A stretch of 35,970 bases of DNA, the filler included, from an uncultured Ignavibacteriales bacterium (GTDB taxonomy: Bacteria; Zixibacteria; MSB-5A5; GN15; FEB-12): NCBI GenBank assembly GCA_964464605.1. It is 7 parts of 7 records of this genome, joined end to end, with 100 filler letters (N's around TTAATTAATTAA, not from the genome) between each part and the next. Parts side by side here need not be neighbours in the genome. Positions count along the whole stretch, not along the records: positions 1 to 20,093 come from CAYXJN010000012.1; 6 more parts are not named here. One strand, written 5' to 3'. The position numbers were made by a program, and so were the translations under genes. The notes beneath the pieces were generated by a model. The model was not told the DNA's origin. It worked only from the letters and a program-made list of their open reading frames with translations, and ran no database searches. Of this stretch, positions 1 through 9,647 are shown piece by piece (position 1 is the stretch's first letter; each line of letters starts with the position of its first letter).

Positions 1-46
1 TGACTCTACGCACTCCTCTTCTAAATTTAACGTGAAGGAGTGTGGG

Positions 47-1312
47 ATGTTCCAAAGTGAACCCGGAAATTCGCGAAATAGTACAAAGCAATTACCGTTT
101 GTGGCCATTGCTTACCTGTTTTTGGCCACAATTACGCTCGGCCTGATATTCGAGGTTTGGATCACCCCGGGCTATGCATACAATAAAATTGCCGGAAGGC
201 GTCACTACCAGAGCTTTGACGAAGCAACTCCTGTTCACTCTGCTGACCCTTACCAGACGCTGTTAGACCAGGTCGAATTGCCGACGACTCCAGTCGACAC
301 AATGGACCTCCATTGGAGTCGCCCTGCGGATCTCTCTGAAGCGGAGACCAGGGAATTCGCTAACAAATATCAGGAGGTGATGGCAGAGACGCGAGATGTT
401 GAACAAACCTATCGAAACGAATACCGACTGCAAGACGGTAAGCAAATTCACCAGTTGAAGGAGCTCATTGCTACTCTGGTGGCCGATCCTCCTGACCGCC
501 CTGACAGCCGAGAACTGATGCAGCGTATCAGTCGGCGTTGGCAAAAACTCGAACAAAACGACCGTGCTGACGCACAGTCTTATGACAAGCCTCCTGCGAC
601 TCCTTCAAGCTTGGTAATGGTTGAAGACCATCTTGTCAGAAATAAGCTCACCTTAGCAGATGTGGAAACGGTTGAGCTTCACGGAGAGTACCATAAGAAT
701 CTTCAATCATTCGCTCACGCTCAGCATGATGAACTTATGAGACTTAAGGAAGACCTTCGAAGCGCAATACGGAAAGAAGAGCAAGCAGCACCCTCGTACG
801 ATAACTATGTGCCAGCGGGACTACCGCCGTTTAACCCTCAAGATCCGTACCAGTACCTAGATTCTCGCTACAAACGGGCCTATGCCGAGTATGAAAAGAG
901 AAAGAATCGTAAAGAGCCAACTTTATTGCCGAGTGGAATCACTGTTGAAGAACTACTGGACATGCAACCAGGAGACGCCCTACCACCAAGACGCTGGGAT
1001 GAGCGAGGTTTTAACAGGCAGAAGGCTCGAGAAATCCTCGACGAGGCCTTATATATGCATAACGTAACGAGGTCCACGATCATCGGAGCCTTTATGGATG
1101 CACGCTACGCTGAAGAAGTTGAAGCTGTCGTAAGAGACTTCCAACAATTCCATAATATGACCGGTCGTCCCGAAGATAACCGCGACCTAAAAGCGGAACT
1201 TCTCCAATACGCTAGGGTCCCGAATATTTCTGAGTATAAGCCCGGGCAAGAGAACGACCTTCAGAGAGCCATCGACTCTGTCTTCAGCTTGCCACGCTAC
1301 TGGAAGCAGTAA
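47..1312 (+). CDS. Hypothetical protein with N-terminal membrane anchor and helical body
   Basis: AAGGAG at 35-40 precedes ATG at 47; hydrophobic segment FVAIAYLFLATITLGLIFEVWI; no recognised domain. Confidence 0.65.
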   Translation: MFQSEPGNSRNSTKQLPFVAIAYLFLATITLGLIFEVWITPGYAYNKIAGRRHYQSFDEATPVHSADPYQTLLDQVELPTTPVDTMDLHWSRPADLSEAETREFANKYQEVMAETRDVEQTYRNEYRLQDGKQIHQLKELIATLVADPPDRPDSRELMQRISRRWQKLEQNDRADAQSYDKPPATPSSLVMVEDHLVRNKLTLADVETVELHGEYHKNLQSFAHAQHDELMRLKEDLRSAIRKEEQAAPSYDNYVPAGLPPFNPQDPYQYLDSRYKRAYAEYEKRKNRKEPTLLPSGITVEELLDMQPGDALPPRRWDERGFNRQKAREILDEALYMHNVTRSTIIGAFMDARYAEEVEAVVRDFQQFHNMTGRPEDNRDLKAELLQYARVPNISEYKPGQENDLQRAIDSVFSLPRYWKQ

Positions 1313-1630
1313 ATCCTCTGTTGCTCTGCCACTGATTTACTGAGCCCGTGCCAGTAACCAGTGAAGCGCAACCTGAAGAATTCTTTGGTCAGCAGTCGCC
1401 CTTTACTCCAAGTCTTCATGTGCCGGGATTGATTGTCACTTTCCGTCAGCCAGCCTACTCCACTTACTCCGCCGTAACACCGTGCCCTCATTTCTTTCCG
1501 TCACTATTGTTACAAATGGCTCCATTGCGCTCCGGACGGCCGTCCTCGGAAGTTTCTCCTAGCTGCGATTCTCATTTCTCCTGTTTCAAGTGAGAGAAAT
1601 GAATCTCTCAGCAAACAAGGAGAAACGAAA

Positions 1631-1864
1631 ATGACAACCAATCAAAAACCAGCACACAGCATCCGACTCGGAAGAATCAAGGCTGCGATTTGGCCGACTG
1701 AGACTTCCGTTGGCCTTCGCTACAATGTCACTGTCGGTCGGCTCTACAAAGAGAACGAACAGTGGCGCACCAGCTACAGCTTCGGTCGAAATGACCTGCC
1801 GCTTGTGGCCAAGGTTCTTGACCAAGCTCATAGCTGGATTTTCGCACAGGGTGCCGCCGCATGA
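1631..1864 (+). CDS. Small conserved-type hypothetical protein (IRLGRIKAAIW...RLYK...W...SFGRNDL), possibly ssDNA-binding
   Basis: AAGGAG RBS upstream and terminator downstream. The motif pattern resembles a small protein family I recall from Planctomycetota mobile elements; function is inferred. Confidence 0.75.
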   Translation: MTTNQKPAHSIRLGRIKAAIWPTETSVGLRYNVTVGRLYKENEQWRTSYSFGRNDLPLVAKVLDQAHSWIFAQGAAA

Positions 1865-1883
1865 GCGGTTCCCGCACTTCGCG

Positions 1884-1914
1884 AAAAAAGCCGGTTCACA
1901 CCGGCTTTTCTTTT
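1884..1914 (+). terminator. Intrinsic terminator
   Basis: AAAAGCCGG-TTCACA-CCGGCTTTT hairpin followed by CTTTT, directly after the 77-aa ORF. Confidence 0.8.
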
Positions 1915-1997
1915 GTAATTGCATTGGGCAATCAGACAAATGCGGATACAGTCACAAAAGAGATTGGAAAGAGGGAGCTAACCCTTATTTTTCGCCT

Positions 1998-2918
1998 ATG
2001 AATGAGTCGTTAGCAGTCGCTTGGACAGATCTCAAAAATGCCATGCTCTATTTCGACAAGGTAATTTGTCCGAATCTGGAATGCTTCATGGAAGCCTACC
2101 GCGACCGCGTTCATTACCTAAAACTCATCGAAGAAATCAACCCTACAAACATCCCGATTACACAGGAGCCCTATGGGCTCATGATTCACTCCAATTGCCT
2201 GTCAAACGACGACGAACTGGAAGCGGCGCTTCCGGCTGGAGTCGTCCTTGAAAGACCTATCCAGTTTCCAATGTTTTCACAAAGCCTTCTCGATTGGATT
2301 GGCAGTCGCTCCGAGTCTCTAGGCCGATTTTTCTCAGGAGAGGTTTCCTTGAAGTCGTTTCAGCAGATACGACAGTCGATTCCTTACCGGCAGGCTCCCG
2401 CTTTTGTTCCTCCCAATCATGTATTACTCGGGGAAAAAGAAAACTACGGCCGCTTAGTGCTCACAGTTGCAAATCTTAAGCTCGTTGATGCCCGGGCGCT
2501 CCCTTGGGAGACGCTCTTTTCACTTCGCGCCGACAAGACGGCGCTTAAAAAGCTTAGAAGAGTAATGCTCCTTCCTTTAGAGGCGCATAGTCACAGGAGC
2601 ATCTATGAACTTGAGCAAGAAGTTGAACGGGTAATCCATGAGCACCAGTGCGTAGCGGGGGAGCTGGGGTTAAGCACGGCAGAAACAGCGCTGAATTTTA
2701 TCCTGAGGGACGAGACCGAAATCTGTTCGAGATATGAAGACCTTCACAGAGCTTATCTGACCGAACCGCCACGCCTGGCCAAGTGGCAGACCTCTTCAAT
2801 TTCTGAGCAGCCGCTCTTTGTCCACCTTTGGCGACGGGAGATTACTTGGGAGCTCGAAGTCGACCGAAATCCGGTTGCCATACTCATGTGGCAGCGCCGG
2901 TCAGACCAGCCAAATTAG
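1998..2918 (+). CDS. Hypothetical protein (~306 aa)
   Basis: The likely start is ATG 1998, because the longer 1710 ORF runs through the preceding gene and its terminator. No confident domain. Confidence 0.6.
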   Translation: MNESLAVAWTDLKNAMLYFDKVICPNLECFMEAYRDRVHYLKLIEEINPTNIPITQEPYGLMIHSNCLSNDDELEAALPAGVVLERPIQFPMFSQSLLDWIGSRSESLGRFFSGEVSLKSFQQIRQSIPYRQAPAFVPPNHVLLGEKENYGRLVLTVANLKLVDARALPWETLFSLRADKTALKKLRRVMLLPLEAHSHRSIYELEQEVERVIHEHQCVAGELGLSTAETALNFILRDETEICSRYEDLHRAYLTEPPRLAKWQTSSISEQPLFVHLWRREITWELEVDRNPVAILMWQRRSDQPN

Positions 2919-3019
2919 GTCATTGTTTTTAGTTGCTTTTATACGTGATAATCCCGTTTATCATGCAGGCTTACCGGTTCTTAGTTGGAACCGGCAGGAA
3001 AGGGAAATGATAAAATCTA

Positions 3020-3050
3020 TTGACATCTATTGCCATTTGGCCGATATTAG
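3020..3050 (+). promoter_or_regulatory. Probable sigma70 promoter/operator of the parDE operon
   Basis: TTGACA at 3020-3025, GATATT 17 nt later, overlapping a tandem TCTATTG(A/C)CA repeat; GGAGG RBS before ATG 3070. Confidence 0.45.
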
Positions 3051-3069
3051 GTATTGGAGGTAATAACCA

Positions 3070-3357
3070 ATGGCTAGTTTCAACATATCCCTTCCCGACG
3101 AGCTCAAAAAATACGTTGAGTCCCAAATCAAGGGCGGGACGTACGGCAACGTCAGCGAGTACTTCCGGAGTCTCATACGAGATCACCAGAAGCGAGCCGC
3201 CCAGGAACGCCTCGAACTTCTCTTACTGGAAGGAATCGAAAGCGGCAGTGCCGGTCAGATGACGAAAACCGATTGGGATGAGCTCAGAGCCGCCGCTGTT
3301 AAGCGCGCCGAGAGTCGGAGCAGGGAAGCGAGTGCCAAAAAGTCCAAGAGTAAATAA
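3070..3357 (+). CDS. parD: Type II antitoxin, ParD-like ribbon-helix-helix
   Basis: MASFNISLPDELKKYVESQIKGGTYGNVSEYFRSLIR...LLLEGIESG is typical of ParD/CopG-Arc-MetJ antidote proteins; overlaps the toxin gene. Confidence 0.9.
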   Translation: MASFNISLPDELKKYVESQIKGGTYGNVSEYFRSLIRDHQKRAAQERLELLLLEGIESGSAGQMTKTDWDELRAAAVKRAESRSREASAKKSKSK

Positions 3358-3664
3358 GACTAATCAGGCCAAGCAAGATTTGGCCGAGATAGCTGAATAT
3401 TACGGGGGAGAATCACTCGACCTTGAACTCCGCTTTATCGAAGCCGCTGAACAGGCTTTCACAAATCTCGCAGCCATGCCCGAGAAGGGTGCGAAGCGCG
3501 AGTATTTTCATCCTAAATTAAAAGGCCTCCGAATGTGGCCGATTCCAGATTTCCCAAAGATTCTCATTTTCTACAATCCACAGGAGAACGGAGTCGAGGT
3601 GGTCCGCGTCCTTCATTCTTCTCGGGACATCGAGGCCCTCTTTATGAAGGGGAAAAAGCCATGA
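3332..3664 (+). CDS. parE: Type II toxin, ParE/RelE family
   Basis: QAKQDLAEIAEY...LAAMPEKG...LRMWPIPDFPKILIFY...VEVVRVLHSSRD; probable GTG start at 3332 within the 3' end of parD. Confidence 0.9.
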   Translation: MPKSPRVNKTNQAKQDLAEIAEYYGGESLDLELRFIEAAEQAFTNLAAMPEKGAKREYFHPKLKGLRMWPIPDFPKILIFYNPQENGVEVVRVLHSSRDIEALFMKGKKP

Positions 3665-4635
3665 ACAAGCGAACTCTTCCCGTTCCAATTCCCCAACCAA
3701 AGCACAACATCGCTGTCACATCCCTGAATCTTTTATCATCGATACCCGAGGAAGAGCTATGGCTTGCTTCTCAGCAAAGCGAGCAGACGCGCCGGGCTTA
3801 CCGGGAAGATGTTGCGAACTTTGTCAAAACAATCGGTATTACTAGCCGCGAGGACTTACGAAAAGTTGACCGCGCGGCCGTCATCGCTTGGCAGCACGCG
3901 ATGAAGGAGCAAAACGCCAAGCCATCGACCATTCGGCGACGCCTGGCGGCACTCTCCAGTTTATTTAACCACCTTGTCCACGTTAGAATCGCGGACTCTA
4001 ACCCCGTCCGCGAAATCAAGCGGCCGCGGATTAACCGCAAGAAGGGGACAACGGCCGCATTCTCACCCAAGGAAGCCAGAGCCATCCTTGACGCTCCGGA
4101 ATCGGATTCAATTTCCGGACTTCGCGACCGCGCAATTCTCTCTATAGGTTTTCAAGTTGGTTGCAGACGTTCAGAGATCGCTAATTTGAAGGTCGGTTCC
4201 CTGCACACGAATGCCGGATATCCGTCACTTCGCTTTGTGCGAAAGGGGGGAGATGAGCACTCACTGGCCATTCATCCGAATGCCGCGCAAAGAATCCGCG
4301 AATATCTCGATGCCGCTGGCCACGGCCAGGACTTCGAGGGCCCGCTCTTTCGACCGGTGAAGTCCAACAGCCCTGAACTTTCAGAGAGGCGCTTTCTAAA
4401 CGCCGATGTTATTGACCGGATTCTTCGCAAGTTTGCCAAGAAAGCTCTTGGAGTCGACCGAGGGTATTCTGCACATTCAATGAGAGCGACATTTATTACA
4501 ACGGCTCTTGAAAATGGGGCCAATCTAGAAGATGTTCAGGAAGCGGTAGGCCACGCCGATCCGTCGACTACCAAGCTTTACGATAGACGAGGATATAACC
4601 CTGAAAAGGCAGCGTCGTTTTTTGCAAACTATTGA
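3661..4635 (+). CDS. Tyrosine recombinase (Xer/integrase family), likely plasmid multimer resolvase
   Basis: Catalytic residues visible: R in GCRRSEI, K in RKGG, HSMR, VGH, TKLY. ATG 3661 overlaps the parE stop (ATGA). Confidence 0.9.
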   Translation: MNKRTLPVPIPQPKHNIAVTSLNLLSSIPEEELWLASQQSEQTRRAYREDVANFVKTIGITSREDLRKVDRAAVIAWQHAMKEQNAKPSTIRRRLAALSSLFNHLVHVRIADSNPVREIKRPRINRKKGTTAAFSPKEARAILDAPESDSISGLRDRAILSIGFQVGCRRSEIANLKVGSLHTNAGYPSLRFVRKGGDEHSLAIHPNAAQRIREYLDAAGHGQDFEGPLFRPVKSNSPELSERRFLNADVIDRILRKFAKKALGVDRGYSAHSMRATFITTALENGANLEDVQEAVGHADPSTTKLYDRRGYNPEKAASFFANY

Positions 4636-4657
4636 GTCGGAGGCAGTACGAGTCTAA

Positions 4658-5329
4658 GTGATGAGAACATTATACGCATCGAATGGATCACAAGTGCGCT
4701 CCCGGAAACGAGTCGCTGACCACGGAGAGGTGTTCACCCCGGCATGGATGGTCGAGGCCATGCTCGACCTCGTGAAGGGTGAAACTGAGCGCATCGACTC
4801 GCGTTTTCTCGAACCGGCTTGCGGTAACGGCAACTTCCTTGTGCAGATTCTCCGGCGCAAGCTCGCCGCCGTAGAACTCAAATATGGGCAATCCGACTTT
4901 GAGCGGCGGCACTATGCTCTGCTTGCGCTGATGTCTGTTTACGGCATTGAATTGTTGCCGGACAACATCGCTGATTGCCGCGCAAACCTGCTTGAGATTC
5001 TCGCCGAATATTTAAACATCGAACCGTCCGACGATTTCTACCGCGCCGCCGTCTGCGTGCTTTCGCTCAATCTCATTCATGGCGACGCTCTGACCATGCG
5101 CACATGGGACAATCTACCAATCACCTTTGCCGAGTGGGGTTATCTCTGGAAGGGAAAGTTCCAGCGGCGGGACTTCCGTTTGGATACCCTTACTCTGTCC
5201 TCGACCTTCAGCGCCCAAGGATCGCTCTTCGCCCACCTCGGGAAGCACGAGATATTCAAGCCTGTCAAGCCGTACCCGCCGATGACCGTCAGTGAGCTAA
5301 TTGCTACAACGCCCGAGGCCATGCTGTGA
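4658..5329 (+). CDS. Short adenine-MTase-like protein (SAM-binding motifs, no NPPY)
   Basis: GEVFTP (motif X), FLEPACGNGNFL (motif I), YGIEL, HGDAL; the protein ends without motif IV. Confidence 0.8.
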   Translation: MMRTLYASNGSQVRSRKRVADHGEVFTPAWMVEAMLDLVKGETERIDSRFLEPACGNGNFLVQILRRKLAAVELKYGQSDFERRHYALLALMSVYGIELLPDNIADCRANLLEILAEYLNIEPSDDFYRAAVCVLSLNLIHGDALTMRTWDNLPITFAEWGYLWKGKFQRRDFRLDTLTLSSTFSAQGSLFAHLGKHEIFKPVKPYPPMTVSELIATTPEAML

Positions 5330-6915
5330 TCCCACAAGCCAGCTTTGCCCTGCGCGGGCGCAACCCGGACGTGCTGACGTGCATCGCGAACCTTTCCAAC
5401 GACGAGGTGTTCACCCCGCCGGAGCTCGCCAACCGCATGCTGGACACGTTGGCCGAGGCGTGGGCGGCGAACAACAAAGGCGCAAATATCTGGGCGGACA
5501 AGACGGCGAAGTTCCTCGACCCCTGCACAAAGTCCGGCGTGTTCCTCCGGGAGATCACGAACCGCCTCAACAAAGGACTGGATCAGGAGATTCCGGACCT
5601 GGAAGCACGCGTGAATCATATCCTCACCAAACAGGTGTTCGGCATCGGCATCACGAAAATAACTAGCCTGCTCGCGCGACGCAGCGTGTATTGCTCAAAG
5701 CACGCCACGGGTAAACACTCCATCGCCAAATTCTTCACCAGCGACGATGGTAACATCTGGTTCAAGCGCATGGAACACACATGGGGGGAAACCAAGTGTG
5801 AGTTTTGTGGCGCGCCCCAAGCGATTCTTGACCGCGGAGAAGAAGTAGAAAACTACGCCTATCCGTTTATTCACACTGACAACATCAAGGCTCGGCTTTC
5901 CGAGTTTTTTGGAGGCAATATGCAATTCGACGTAATCATCGGAAATCCGCCGTACCAAATGAAGGGAGGTGCGGGAGGTTCAAGCGACTCATCTATCTAT
6001 CATCTTTTCGTTGAGCAAGCGAAGAAACTAGAGCCAAAGTTCTTGGCGATGGTAGTTCCATCCCGCTGGCTCGCGGGTGGTCGCGGACTCGACGATTTCC
6101 GAAAGGAGATGCTCAGTTCACACCAACTTCTCAGGTTGGTCGATTACCCAGTTTCAAGAGAAGTCTTTCCAAACGTGGAAGTCAAAGGCGGCATCTGTTA
6201 TTTCTTGTGGTCGGTCGCCCATAATGGGCCATGTGAAGTCACAGTCATTAGAGGAGACGACGAGACGACTTCTTCAAGAAAGCTGGACGAGTTTGATGTG
6301 TTTGTGCGCGACCCTAGAGCAGTCGGTATTCTGCGCAAGGTGTTGAAGGCTGGAGATAAATCGATTACCGAAATCTTGACTGCCGACACTCCTTTCGGTA
6401 TCGCGACGAACTTCGACGGATTCCATGACAAGAGGAAGTCGGGAGACGTGGCTCTCTACTACGTTAGAAGTGGCAAGCGGCGCATTGGGTTCGTTCCGCG
6501 AAACACAATCACCAAGAACACCGAGCTTATTAAGAAATGGAAGGTGCTTGTTCCAGAAGCAGGTTCAGATGGTGGGCAAAGAATCCCTGATTCGGTCCTC
6601 GGCAAACCGTGGCTCAGTCCGCCGCCATCTGCGTCTACTCAGTCATTCCTTGCTTTCTGGGTCGCGAGCAATGACGAAGCGCAAAGCCTTGAGTCATATT
6701 ATCGGACCAAGTTTTTCCGACATCTAGTTTCTTTACGCAAGCTCACGCAACACGCGCTTCGATCTACTTATTCATGGGTTCCAATTCAGGAGTGGGATAG
6801 ACAGTGGACAGACAAAGCACTCTACAAAAAGTATCGGCTAACAAAAGACGAAGTTGATTACGTCGAAGCAGTGATCCGCCCGATGGACCAAGACACGCAA
6901 GGCGACGATGAGTAA
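5326..6915 (+). CDS. Eco57I-like N6-adenine DNA methyltransferase with C-terminal target-recognition region
   Basis: DEVFTPP, degenerate motif I FLDPCTKSGVFL, motif IV FDVIIGNPPY, VPSRW; GTGA overlap with the upstream gene. Confidence 0.88.
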   Translation: MIPQASFALRGRNPDVLTCIANLSNDEVFTPPELANRMLDTLAEAWAANNKGANIWADKTAKFLDPCTKSGVFLREITNRLNKGLDQEIPDLEARVNHILTKQVFGIGITKITSLLARRSVYCSKHATGKHSIAKFFTSDDGNIWFKRMEHTWGETKCEFCGAPQAILDRGEEVENYAYPFIHTDNIKARLSEFFGGNMQFDVIIGNPPYQMKGGAGGSSDSSIYHLFVEQAKKLEPKFLAMVVPSRWLAGGRGLDDFRKEMLSSHQLLRLVDYPVSREVFPNVEVKGGICYFLWSVAHNGPCEVTVIRGDDETTSSRKLDEFDVFVRDPRAVGILRKVLKAGDKSITEILTADTPFGIATNFDGFHDKRKSGDVALYYVRSGKRRIGFVPRNTITKNTELIKKWKVLVPEAGSDGGQRIPDSVLGKPWLSPPPSASTQSFLAFWVASNDEAQSLESYYRTKFFRHLVSLRKLTQHALRSTYSWVPIQEWDRQWTDKALYKKYRLTKDEVDYVEAVIRPMDQDTQGDDE

Positions 6916-9472
6916 GACCATCGAAGAAATCCTCGCGCCGAAGCCGGAGGCGCGTCCGCGCATCTACGCCTACTCCATTGACGACACGGCGCACGCGGGG
7001 CTGCTCAAGGTCGGCCAGACCACGCGCGACGTGAAACAGCGCGTTGCCGAGCAGCTCAAGACCGCCAACATCAAGAATTTCAAAATCGAACTGGACGAAA
7101 TCGCCGAGCGCGACGACGGTACGACATTCACCGATCATGAGGTGCGCGCTGCCCTCATCAAAAAGAAGTTCGCGAACCCGGAACTGGAATGGATGCGTTG
7201 CACGGTCAAAGATTTGAAGGCCGTTCTGATCGAGCTCCGTACGGGCAAGCATATCGCGGGCACGCGACACCAGAACTTTCCCATGCGCGCCGAGCAGCAA
7301 GCCGCCGTGGAAAAGACCCATTCCTATTTCCACTCCATCTGGAAGGAGGATATGCACGCAGTCCCACGCTTTTTGTGGAACGCCAAGATGCGCTTCGGCA
7401 AAACCTTCACCACTTATCAGCTCGCCCGGAAACTAGGGGCCAAGCGTGTGCTCGTGGTCACGTTTAAGCCCGCCGTAGAGGATGCCTGGCTCACGGACCT
7501 TGAATCCCACTTGGACTTTGACGGCTGGCAATATCAGTCACGCAGTTCGGGCAGCGACCCAACGAAGGTGTCTGCCAGGAGGCCGCTGGTCTACTTCGGA
7601 TCGTTCCAAGACCTACTGGGCCGCGACGATGCCGGAAACATCAAGCCCAAGAACGAGTGGCTGCACAAGGTGAAGTGGGATTTGGTCGTGTTCGACGAAT
7701 ATCACTTCGGGGCCTGGCGCGAGACGGCCAAGGAATTGTTCGAAGGTGAAGAAGAGGCGGTCGCCAAGAAAGAAGCAAAGCTCGAATATGCGGCTGGCCT
7801 GGAAGGCGTGAACGAGGACCTCACGGTCCTCTCGGAGAAGGAAACCGAGTTCCTGCCCATCACCACCAAGGCCTACCTCTATCTCTCCGGTACACCGTTC
7901 AAAGCGCTCGCAACGGGTGAGTTCATCGAAGAACAGATTTTCAATTGGACCTACACCGACGAGCAGAGAGCCAAAGAAGAGTTCGAAAAAGAGAACCCTG
8001 TCCAGTGGAATCCTTATGGCGCATTGCCGCAGATGCGCCTGCTCACCTACCAGATGCCCGACGAGTTAGTGTCGATCGCGAGCGCGGGGGAGTTTGACGA
8101 GTTCGATCTCAACGAATTTTTCGCTGCGACGGACGCCGGGCTAAAGACGCAGTTCAAGCACAAGTCCGATGTTCAGAAGTGGCTAGACATCATCCGGGGT
8201 GGCTATGCTCCGAAGGTAACCGAATATCTTAAGACCGGCACACGCCCGCCGTTTCCGTATTCGGACGTGCGCCTGCTACCATATCTCCAACACTCGTTCT
8301 GGTTTCTCCCCAACGTCGCCGCCTGTCACGCCATGGCAAACCTCCTGGCGGAAAGGCAGAATGTTTTCTGGCACGACTACAAAGCAATAGTTGCCGCAGG
8401 GGCAAGTGCGGGAATTGGACTCGATGCGCTCCCGCCCGTGCGCGAAGCAATTGGAAGCGGCTTTGACAGCAAGACCATCACCTTGTCGTGTGGCAAGCTC
8501 ACCACCGGTGTCACCGTGCCTCAGTGGTCGTCTATCATGATGTTGCGGAATCTCAAGTCCCCCGAAACGTATTTTCAGTCGGCGTTTCGCGTAGCATCGC
8601 CCTGGTCCATCAAAAACCCCAATGGGGACGACCCAAACGAGGAGGAGATTCTCAAGCCGGTGTGCTTCGTGTTCGACTTCGCGCCTACCCGCGCGCTGAG
8701 GCAACTGTCTGAGTACGCCATCGGCCTCTCCCCCAACGAGCCGAATCCGGAGAACGCTGTTAAAGACCTCGTATCATTCCTACCGGTACTTGCTTATGAC
8801 GGCGCGAACATGACACAGATTGACGCTGGTGGCATCCTCGATATTGCGATGGCGGGCACATCGGCCACGCTTCTGGCGCGAAAGTGGGAGAGCGCGCTGC
8901 TCGTGAACGTTGACAATGAAACCCTTCGCCGCGTTCTCGACAACCCCGAGGCGATGGCCGCTGTCGAGCGTATTGAGGGATGGCGCACACTCGGCGACAA
9001 CATAATAGAGACGATCATCAACAAGAGCGAGAAGGTCAAGGAGCTTAAGAACAAGGCCAAGAAAAAGGAACTGACGGAGAGAGAGAAGAAGCAACTCACT
9101 GAAGAAGAGAGGGAGTACAAGTCGAAACGGAAACTGGTTCAAGAGAAGTTGATCAAATTCGCTACGCGCATCCCGGCGTTCATGTACTTAACCGACTTCC
9201 GCGAGAACACCCTGCAGGACGTAATTACCAAGCTGGAGCCGGACTTGTTTCTGACCGTCACCGGCCTGACCGTGAAAGACTTCCACTTGCTGGTGCGTCT
9301 GAAAGTATTCAACACGGAGCAGATGAATCAGGCCGTTTTTGCTTTCCGACGGTACGAAGACGCATCACTTCGCTATACCGGCATTGACAGTCACCCAGGA
9401 CTTACCCATTACGGCCTGTACGACACCGTGGTTGCAAGAGAGGAGTCGCTATCTGTACCTGTCTCACAATAG
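6908..9472 (+). CDS. GIY-YIG (T5orf172-like) nuclease fused to SF2 helicase/ATPase; restriction subunit
   Basis: N-terminal IYAY...LKVGQT.R.V.QR...EW; Walker A-like AKMRFGKT, DEYH, LSGTP, LTTGVTVP, YFQSAFR. Confidence 0.85.
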   Translation: MSKTIEEILAPKPEARPRIYAYSIDDTAHAGLLKVGQTTRDVKQRVAEQLKTANIKNFKIELDEIAERDDGTTFTDHEVRAALIKKKFANPELEWMRCTVKDLKAVLIELRTGKHIAGTRHQNFPMRAEQQAAVEKTHSYFHSIWKEDMHAVPRFLWNAKMRFGKTFTTYQLARKLGAKRVLVVTFKPAVEDAWLTDLESHLDFDGWQYQSRSSGSDPTKVSARRPLVYFGSFQDLLGRDDAGNIKPKNEWLHKVKWDLVVFDEYHFGAWRETAKELFEGEEEAVAKKEAKLEYAAGLEGVNEDLTVLSEKETEFLPITTKAYLYLSGTPFKALATGEFIEEQIFNWTYTDEQRAKEEFEKENPVQWNPYGALPQMRLLTYQMPDELVSIASAGEFDEFDLNEFFAATDAGLKTQFKHKSDVQKWLDIIRGGYAPKVTEYLKTGTRPPFPYSDVRLLPYLQHSFWFLPNVAACHAMANLLAERQNVFWHDYKAIVAAGASAGIGLDALPPVREAIGSGFDSKTITLSCGKLTTGVTVPQWSSIMMLRNLKSPETYFQSAFRVASPWSIKNPNGDDPNEEEILKPVCFVFDFAPTRALRQLSEYAIGLSPNEPNPENAVKDLVSFLPVLAYDGANMTQIDAGGILDIAMAGTSATLLARKWESALLVNVDNETLRRVLDNPEAMAAVERIEGWRTLGDNIIETIINKSEKVKELKNKAKKKELTEREKKQLTEEEREYKSKRKLVQEKLIKFATRIPAFMYLTDFRENTLQDVITKLEPDLFLTVTGLTVKDFHLLVRLKVFNTEQMNQAVFAFRRYEDASLRYTGIDSHPGLTHYGLYDTVVAREESLSVPVSQ

Positions 9473-9540
9473 TTTCACATTGATTGCATCAGGGGGCTCA
9501 AAACCATTGTTGAATCGTAATAGCAATCGTGCTTGTTTAT

Positions 9541-9556
9541 TGTCGGACGTCCGACA
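9541..9556. repeat. 16-bp palindrome copy 1 (TGTCGGACGTCCGACA), probable parS
   Basis: Perfect palindrome; one of six copies on the plasmid; about 90 nt upstream of the pAgo gene. Confidence 0.7.
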
Positions 9557-9647
9557 GTTGCGTTGTAGACTTTCTGAAAGTCAGAACGATTCGGCAGGTG
9601 AACATTGTTCTCTCTCCAACCATACCGATGCATCAAGGGGTTATTGA

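Noticed and set aside
1710..1997. N-terminal extension of the 402-aa ORF (similarly 3535-3660, 16166-16321, 20700-20867)
   Set aside because: These overlap better-supported genes or terminators, or precede a clear RBS-ATG.
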